From Minisyncoccota bacterium (GTDB lineage Bacteria > Patescibacteriota > Minisyncoccia > Phycocordibacterales > GCA-2401445), in the NCBI GenBank assembly GCA_040879725.1, contig JBBDJV010000018.1:16748-80747 (forward strand): a stretch of 64,000 nt of DNA, given 5' to 3'. Under the pieces are notes generated by a model. The model worked only from the letters and a program-made list of their open reading frames with translations, ran no database searches and was not told where the DNA came from. Positions 58,722 through 64,000 of the stretch are shown here, in pieces. Every line of letters starts with the position of its first letter. Within the stretch, counting starts at the first letter, position 1. The position numbers and the translations under genes are program-made.

Positions 58722-60395
58722 TTAAGGAACTTGTTGAATTCGATAAAATCGTTTTGACTCTCCGATTCCTGTAACATCAAAATATAACTGAGGGTTTGTC
58801 TCAATGGTGACAATAGCCAACGTATGCCACGCACCTTCCTCACTCAAGACATCCTTGTATTCAACAGCACACCGTGAACCGATTGCGCCATAAATGACGA
58901 CAGATGGTGTCATTGTCATGTCCGCAACAAGCGTTGTGTTGGGTGGTCCATCTCCCACAAAAAACGTTTGTGGTATTGTTGGTCTGCTGTAGAGACTTTG
59001 ATCTCGAAGCATTACCCGCCACTGATAGGCGCCACTTGGTAAGGGTGTCTGCGTGGTGAACTCTGCGGTATCGCCGGATTCATACGCAACTTTATTCCAC
59101 CCTGTAAATGTTTCAACATGATCAAACGTATGACTGACTGTTTTGAAACCGTCGGTACTCAGCTCAATACGTGGTGACAATACATCTGCACGCTCATCAA
59201 GCGTAGCACTTAAATCAAGCATGCTGAAACTAAAAGCTACTGTTCCGTTTGGAAGTGTTTCTCCTACAACAGGTGTAATAAGACTTTCAACCTTGGGGAT
59301 ATAATCGCGATACACACTTCCTTTTCCTCCGTTTTGTGTATTCAGATATCCTCCTTTCTTTCCACCCGTAGAACTTGTACGCTCATCGAGATTGCCCATC
59401 GTTGCATTTCCATAGAACACCTTGATTGCTCCACCTCCACCCCCGCCCCCATGGTAACCTCCATCTCCACCATTCGCAGAGAGTGTGCCACTAATGGAAA
59501 TATTGGCACTTCGCAAGAGAACAGTACCACCAGCTCCTCCGCCGTGTGAACTATTTACTCCATCCCGTCCATCGGCGCTGATAGTTCCATTCACAGTAAG
59601 TGAATATTCTGCTTCAATCAGTATCCCAGCACCACCGTTACTAAGACCAGATCTTCTACCACTGGCGCCACCCATGTACGCTTCGTACGTAAATGGCGAA
59701 CCAAAGGACTGACCTCTGTTTACACCACTAGATGAAGTCCAATACCCACGGCCCCCGGTACCAATATGCCCACCAGCAGAAGCGCTTGTATACCAATCAT
59801 TCCCTTGCCCCCGCAGGTCATTACCTGCACCTAAGCCATCGATAATGCCTCCCTCTTCAATGAGTACATTGTTTGCAAGGATAGTTACTGTCCCTGATTG
59901 TGGAAGGTTGCCATCCACGCGATGTACCCGGAGTTTCCCTTCATTAATAACTGTTAGGTTGTTGATATTCCAAAAACCCAGCACAACCAACTCTCCTCCA
60001 ACTATCGTAAGTGGAGCAAAGTTATTTGTTCCGAGGACAGTACTGACACCGCCAGCAATGGTGAGTCGCTCGCAGTTGAGATTACCTGAAACTAAAAGAG
60101 CGCCATCAACATCCAATGTAGCGGACTGTATATTTTCACGTACAGTTAGTGCTCCATTCGTCTCAAGGTAAATTTCCTGAGCTTCTAGCGTACCATCAAT
60201 GATAAGCGAACCGCTGTTTTTAACCAGTACCATCCGGTATGTTCCTCCTGGAATGGTTGTAGTAACTCCATCAATGACGAGATCATCGTCAGCATGTGCT
60301 ACCTGTATGCTGAATACAAGCGTTACTATCGTAAGCATCAAGATGCTTTGAGTTAACCTTCTGGCAAGTAGCCAGTCATTATTTTTTGTTTGCAT
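58722..60395 (-). CDS. Secreted beta-helix/Gly-rich repeat surface protein
   Basis: Signal peptide, repeated G-rich beta-helix-like segments (GGAGGTVLLRSANISISGTLSANGGDGG...) and a C-terminal Ig-like region. Confidence 0.5.
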   Translation of the reverse strand: MQTKNNDWLLARRLTQSILMLTIVTLVFSIQVAHADDDLVIDGVTTTIPGGTYRMVLVKNSGSLIIDGTLEAQEIYLETNGALTVRENIQSATLDVDGALLVSGNLNCERLTIAGGVSTVLGTNNFAPLTIVGGELVVLGFWNINNLTVINEGKLRVHRVDGNLPQSGTVTILANNVLIEEGGIIDGLGAGNDLRGQGNDWYTSASAGGHIGTGGRGYWTSSSGVNRGQSFGSPFTYEAYMGGASGRRSGLSNGGAGILIEAEYSLTVNGTISADGRDGVNSSHGGGAGGTVLLRSANISISGTLSANGGDGGYHGGGGGGGAIKVFYGNATMGNLDERTSSTGGKKGGYLNTQNGGKGSVYRDYIPKVESLITPVVGETLPNGTVAFSFSMLDLSATLDERADVLSPRIELSTDGFKTVSHTFDHVETFTGWNKVAYESGDTAEFTTQTPLPSGAYQWRVMLRDQSLYSRPTIPQTFFVGDGPPNTTLVADMTMTPSVVIYGAIGSRCAVEYKDVLSEEGAWHTLAIVTIETNPQLYFDVTGIGESKRFYRIQQVP

Positions 60396-60815
60396 TTTGT
60401 CCTTTCAATGAACTATCGTTCTTGTTGTTGTTTTTAGAGGAATCCTCTACCTAAACATCATATTCCATATTTTTTACGAATATGTCAATACTCATAGCTA
60501 GAGTACCATTCAATCCGATTTCGAGGATGAATCACGATAAAAAGCTACCTTGTAAAATAACAGCCCCGTACCTAAGGTACGGGGCTGTTATTATTCATGC
60601 TGTTTAACCTATTAAACTATAATTTTTTGCAACTTCTTTTAGTTTCAACCCCTAAAAATAGCAAAACTTAACATCCATAAGAATGCCTTTGTATTAAACT
60701 GATTTTCTGCTATGGTGTTTATTAGGGTCGATTTATTTCGACAGGCTAATGTGTTGCCTTAAAACATAATTTTGGACTTTGAAAAGATATAAAAAAATAA
60801 AAGAAGGAGGTTGCA

Positions 60816-61817
60816 ATGATTAGAGCACTTATTGTTTCCAGCTTGAGCGAACGCTATTACTACGATGCATTTGTGGAAGAATCCAAAAAACTTGGTGTTG
60901 AAATAGTTATTCTAGATCCAGAATATTTTATTTCTCAGAATCATACACTGGATATCCATCTTGACTCGGTCAATCTTTCTGGAAAAATTGAAGTAATTGA
61001 ACTTGGCAACGACAAGAATAAAACAAAACTTGTTGATATTAATACCATAAAGGTAGCGTGGTATCTACGTGTAAAACGAACACTCCGTACATCTGAAATC
61101 GATAATGTTGAAAAACGATTCAAATGGAGCGAAACTTTGTGGTCACTTGACTCTCTCCTTCACCTACTTCCCTGCAAATGGATAAATACTCTTGATGATA
61201 TCGAGCGTCTAAACTGCAACAAATTACTACAACAAATGCACGCGGCACGCGCTGGCTTAGCAACACCCAGAACCTCTGTCAGTAACTCACCAGAGTCAGT
61301 AATTGGTTTTTGCGCAAAACACAGTAACCGACTACTACTCAAATTAATTGGATATACCAAACTTGATCCAAACGACATGATGGTGGTTTACTCAGAACTA
61401 TTTGAACTAAATGAATTAAAAGGAAGCGCAGACTCAATCCATTATTGTCCTATATTCGCACAAGAATACATATCAAAACAATACGAATACCGAGTAATGG
61501 TAATTGGAGACGAAGTACACGCGTGTCGTATTGACTCTCAGGCGAGTAAAAAAACTCAAATTGATTGGAGGCACTATGATTTTGAAAATGTTGCACACAC
61601 AAAAGCAGATTTACCGCCAGAAATATCAATGCAATTGATCACCCTAATGAATTCACTTGGACTCAAGTATGGTGCAATAGATATGATAGAAACGCCTGGT
61701 GACGATTTTGTTTTTCTTGAAGTTAATCCATCAGGTCAATGGGATTGGATTGCTAAACTCAGCGGTCTACCTATCGCAAGAAGTGTTGCACGTATGTTAA
61801 AAAAATCTGCAACCTAG
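60816..61817 (+). CDS. ATP-grasp ribosomal peptide maturase, MvdD/MvdC (microviridin/graspetide) type
   Basis: C-terminal ...IDWRHYDF...LKYGAIDMIETPGDDFVFLEVNPSGQWDWI matches the MvdD-family signature (DWR...YGAIDMIxTPD..Y.FLEINPxGEFxW). The N-terminus MIRALIVSS and VAWYLR also fit. Strong RBS AAGGAGG 7 nt upstream. Confidence 0.8.
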   Translation: MIRALIVSSLSERYYYDAFVEESKKLGVEIVILDPEYFISQNHTLDIHLDSVNLSGKIEVIELGNDKNKTKLVDINTIKVAWYLRVKRTLRTSEIDNVEKRFKWSETLWSLDSLLHLLPCKWINTLDDIERLNCNKLLQQMHAARAGLATPRTSVSNSPESVIGFCAKHSNRLLLKLIGYTKLDPNDMMVVYSELFELNELKGSADSIHYCPIFAQEYISKQYEYRVMVIGDEVHACRIDSQASKKTQIDWRHYDFENVAHTKADLPPEISMQLITLMNSLGLKYGAIDMIETPGDDFVFLEVNPSGQWDWIAKLSGLPIARSVARMLKKSAT

Positions 61818-61818
61818 A

Positions 61819-62340
61819 CTAAACATCAATCCTCGCCCTCGTGCGAGGATTTTCATTAAAAACTCCTTTTTTATATTCATCTAAAAGATGCTTTGCATAC
61901 TCTTTCTCAACCTCACCAACTTCAACTTCACTCCATTTGTGTGCACCATCTATATCATGATGCAATAACATATCAATCATGGGTGTAATTTTATTTGGAT
62001 GCGTAGGATACAGATATTGTAATGCTTTTTTACATAGTTCCCGAGCATGATTAAGATTATGCTTTTTCCAAATTGAAACTGTGGTGGCATGATGATGCCA
62101 CATCCATAATATATTTTGGACCGCCTTTCTCTCGTGTTTATCTAACTTATCAATATCAACTTCTAAAAGTGCATTCTTAATTTGATTAATTAATAATGAG
62201 TCATTATTCTCATCAAAAAAACCTTCTTTAATTGCTTTTTGCTCATGCTCCAACTGCAATTCATGAAGACCATATACATCTCCAACATTAAAATTATGAC
62301 ATACTCGCTCAAGAGATATTTGATCATTTTTCTTTTGCAT
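61819..62340 (-). CDS. His-rich hypothetical protein (possible metal-dependent hydrolase) downstream of candidate precursor
   Basis: Start taken at MQKKNDQ, after the terminator and a TATACT box. Contains WMWHHHATT and LLHHDIDGAHKW. Confidence 0.4.
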   Translation of the reverse strand: MQKKNDQISLERVCHNFNVGDVYGLHELQLEHEQKAIKEGFFDENNDSLLINQIKNALLEVDIDKLDKHERKAVQNILWMWHHHATTVSIWKKHNLNHARELCKKALQYLYPTHPNKITPMIDMLLHHDIDGAHKWSEVEVGEVEKEYAKHLLDEYKKGVFNENPRTRARIDV

Positions 62341-62351
62341 ATATTCTAGTA

Positions 62352-62387
62352 TAGCAATAAAAAAGAAGGGTTGTGACACCCTTCTTT
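62352..62387 (-). terminator. Intrinsic terminator between candidate precursor ORF and downstream gene
   Basis: Minus strand: AAGAAGGGTgtcacaACCCTTCTT followed by TTTTATTGC. Confidence 0.6.
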
Positions 62388-62401
62388 GATGAACTGAATA
62401 A

Positions 62402-62581
62402 TCAATCTCTCCGTGGAGCGGTTGGGTCATCGACTTGGTCATGCATCTCAGGAGAATTCCCTTGCGTTGTGACCACAGTCATATTTGCGACAATGTTTGG
62501 TACACTTGGACGAGCTCTCATACGCCGAAGTAACAACGGACCATTTTGAGGATTGATTTCTTCTACAGTATCTTCTTTCAT
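62402..62581 (-). CDS. Candidate graspetide precursor peptide (59 aa)
   Basis: GGAG 7 nt upstream of the ATG. Leader-like MKEDTVEEINPQNGPLLLRRMRARPSVPNIVANM and core-like TVVTTQGNSPEMHDQVDDPTAPRRD (Thr cluster followed by Asp/Glu). Intrinsic terminator immediately downstream. Confidence 0.4.
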   Translation of the reverse strand: MKEDTVEEINPQNGPLLLRRMRARPSVPNIVANMTVVTTQGNSPEMHDQVDDPTAPRRD

Positions 62582-62730
62582 AAACAAACTCCATGTAATA
62601 AGTTAAAACTCAGTACAACCTAATTAAAGAATACCATCTACGAATAAATTGCTCAAATACCTTATTACAGTATGGTATTATGCATAGATGCTCAATGCTG
62701 TACTATTTCTAAAAGCTAGCACAATACAAC

Positions 62731-63033
62731 ATGACTAAATACACCAAACTCGTACGTGACAAAATTCCTGAAATACTTGATGCGAAAAAAGTACCCTACA
62801 CAAAAAGAGTCGCGAATGAAACAGAGTACAAGGAAGCGCTAGTGGAAAAACTCCTCGAAGAAGTACGGGAATTCTCTCAAACTCCCACAGAAGAAGAACT
62901 CGCTGACGTGCTTGAAGTGGTGAATGCGCTCACAAAACTCCCCGAATATCGCGCAACGGAAACTGCACGAAAAATAAAACACGAAGAAAGAGGAGGTTTT
63001 GAAAAAAGAATAATTCTTTCCGGAGAAAAATAA
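62731..63033 (+). CDS. MazG-like all-alpha nucleoside triphosphate pyrophosphohydrolase
   Basis: YTKLVRDKIPEIL...EELADVLEVV is the typical small MazG/YpjD-type signature. Confidence 0.7.
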   Translation: MTKYTKLVRDKIPEILDAKKVPYTKRVANETEYKEALVEKLLEEVREFSQTPTEEELADVLEVVNALTKLPEYRATETARKIKHEERGGFEKRIILSGEK

Positions 63034-63065
63034 TACCGTACCAGGCATCGTACGGTATTATTTTT

Positions 63066-64000
63066 TTACTTCTTTGCTTTGAGTGAGGCTTTAATAAATG
63101 CGCTGAAAAGTGGGTGAGGATTAAGCGGATGCGCTTTGAATTCGGGATGAAATTGAGTTCCCAAGAAAAACGGATGCTTACTCTGTGGCAACTCGGCTAT
63201 TTCAACCAAGTACCCGTCTGGTGATGTGCCAGAAAATATAAGCCCTGCCTCTTCTATCTGTTTTCGGAATTCATTGTTTACCTCGTAGCGGTGTCGGTGA
63301 CGCTCAATCACTTCTTCTGTTTTATACGCTTTATGCGCCACTGTCCCCTTTAAGATTTTTGCCGGATAGGCACCAAGTCGCATGGTTCCGCCGTAACGCC
63401 CCTCTTCCACATGCTTTCTCTGATGCTCCATGATATCGATTACAAGGTTTTCTCCTTTTGGATTTATCTCACGAGTATTCGCATCCTTAATTCCTAAAAC
63501 ATTCCGTGCGTATTCAATAACCGCAAGTTGCATACCGTAGCATATTCCAAAATAAGGTATCTTCTGTTCTCGTGCATACTTAATAACATGCAACTTCCCT
63601 TCAATGCCTGTTTCTCCAAACCCACCAGGAACGAGAACTCCATCATATTTTTTAAGCTCAACCACCTTCTTTGGGTCTTTTTCAAACTGCTTCGAATCAA
63701 GCCAGTGAATAAGCGGAACCGCTCCTTGTTCGTACGCAGACATTTTAATCGCTTCAATAACTGAGATGTAAGCATCGGACAACACAAAGTCTCCTGAATC
63801 AAAGTATTTACCCACTATCGCGATATTTACTTCCTTCTTCGCGTTATTCATTTTCTTTACCATTCCCCGCCACTCAACTAAATCTTTCTTGCGTGGTTTT
63901 AAGCTAAGCGCATCTAGTACATGGTTTGAGAGACCGTCATTTTCAAAATTTACCGGCACTTCGTAAATACTTTTTATATCAGGAGCAGAAATTACGTGGT
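63066..64000 (-). CDS. pyrG: CTP synthase, C-terminal glutamine amidotransferase half (gene continues past window end)
   Basis: GICYGMQ catalytic Cys, HPEF, and overall PyrG GATase similarity; the N-terminal synthetase domain lies beyond 64000. Confidence 0.9.
   Translation of the reverse strand, partial: HVISAPDIKSIYEVPVNFENDGLSNHVLDALSLKPRKKDLVEWRGMVKKMNNAKKEVNIAIVGKYFDSGDFVLSDAYISVIEAIKMSAYEQGAVPLIHWLDSKQFEKDPKKVVELKKYDGVLVPGGFGETGIEGKLHVIKYAREQKIPYFGICYGMQLAVIEYARNVLGIKDANTREINPKGENLVIDIMEHQRKHVEEGRYGGTMRLGAYPAKILKGTVAHKAYKTEEVIERHRHRYEVNNEFRKQIEEAGLIFSGTSPDGYLVEIAELPQSKHPFFLGTQFHPEFKAHPLNPHPLFSAFIKASLKAKK

Noticed and set aside
1-64000. Diversity-generating retroelement, retron or prophage content (screened because of CPR-like context and surface proteins with repeated modules)
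   Set aside because: No reverse transcriptase (YxDD), integrase, terminase or capsid-like ORFs were seen. The repeated Cys-rich modules are protein-level paralogy within one gene, not TR/VR DNA pairs.

Overview
This is a low-GC bacterial window, gene-dense on both strands, with many small secreted or membrane-anchored hypothetical proteins. Those traits, a type IV pilin, an archaeal-type UMP kinase and N-terminal R/G-rich extensions on RNase J and a DEAD-box helicase suggest a CPR/Patescibacteria-like genome (inference). Recognisable core genes: groES-groEL with a consensus sigma-70 promoter, secG, htpX-lemA, RNase J, an OppA-like substrate-binding protein, an MFS transporter, MutY-like and Nth glycosylases, glutaredoxin, pyrH, FKBP, DsbA, NDH-2, an ABC exporter, fur, a Pif1/RecD-like helicase, an ECF sigma with an anti-sigma-like partner, the DEAD-box helicase, mltG, two tandem M14 carboxypeptidases, a GH13 amylase and a partial pyrG. 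Two tRNAs are present, Ser-GGA on the minus strand and Gln-CTG on the plus strand, and both are followed by partial copies of their own 3' ends. The tRNA-Gln is followed by a GC-rich block with several such copies and then about 10 kb of accessory-looking genes: a YjjX ITPase, an alpha/beta hydrolase, an lmo0937-family peptide, a thermonuclease-Excalibur fusion and a beta-helix surface protein. That stretch ends in what I consider the most interesting locus: an MvdD/MvdC-type ATP-grasp peptide maturase (60816-61817) with a convergent 59-aa ORF carrying its own RBS and an intrinsic terminator. This looks like an undescribed graspetide-type RiPP cluster. Other points: three apparent frameshifts (a giant surface protein, a CooC-like ATPase and a small promoter-RBS-terminator module) are each repaired by adding one base to a homopolymer run, which probably means systematic sequencing artefacts rather than pseudogenes. 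There is a candidate about 120-nt sRNA with a consensus promoter and terminator. Perfect palindromic operators sit upstream of the DEAD-box helicase and fur genes. A GIY-YIG mini-cassette bounded by 15-bp direct repeats abuts tRNA-Ser. No CRISPR array, reverse transcriptase or obvious prophage was seen. All calls rest on motif recognition by eye; no database searches were run.
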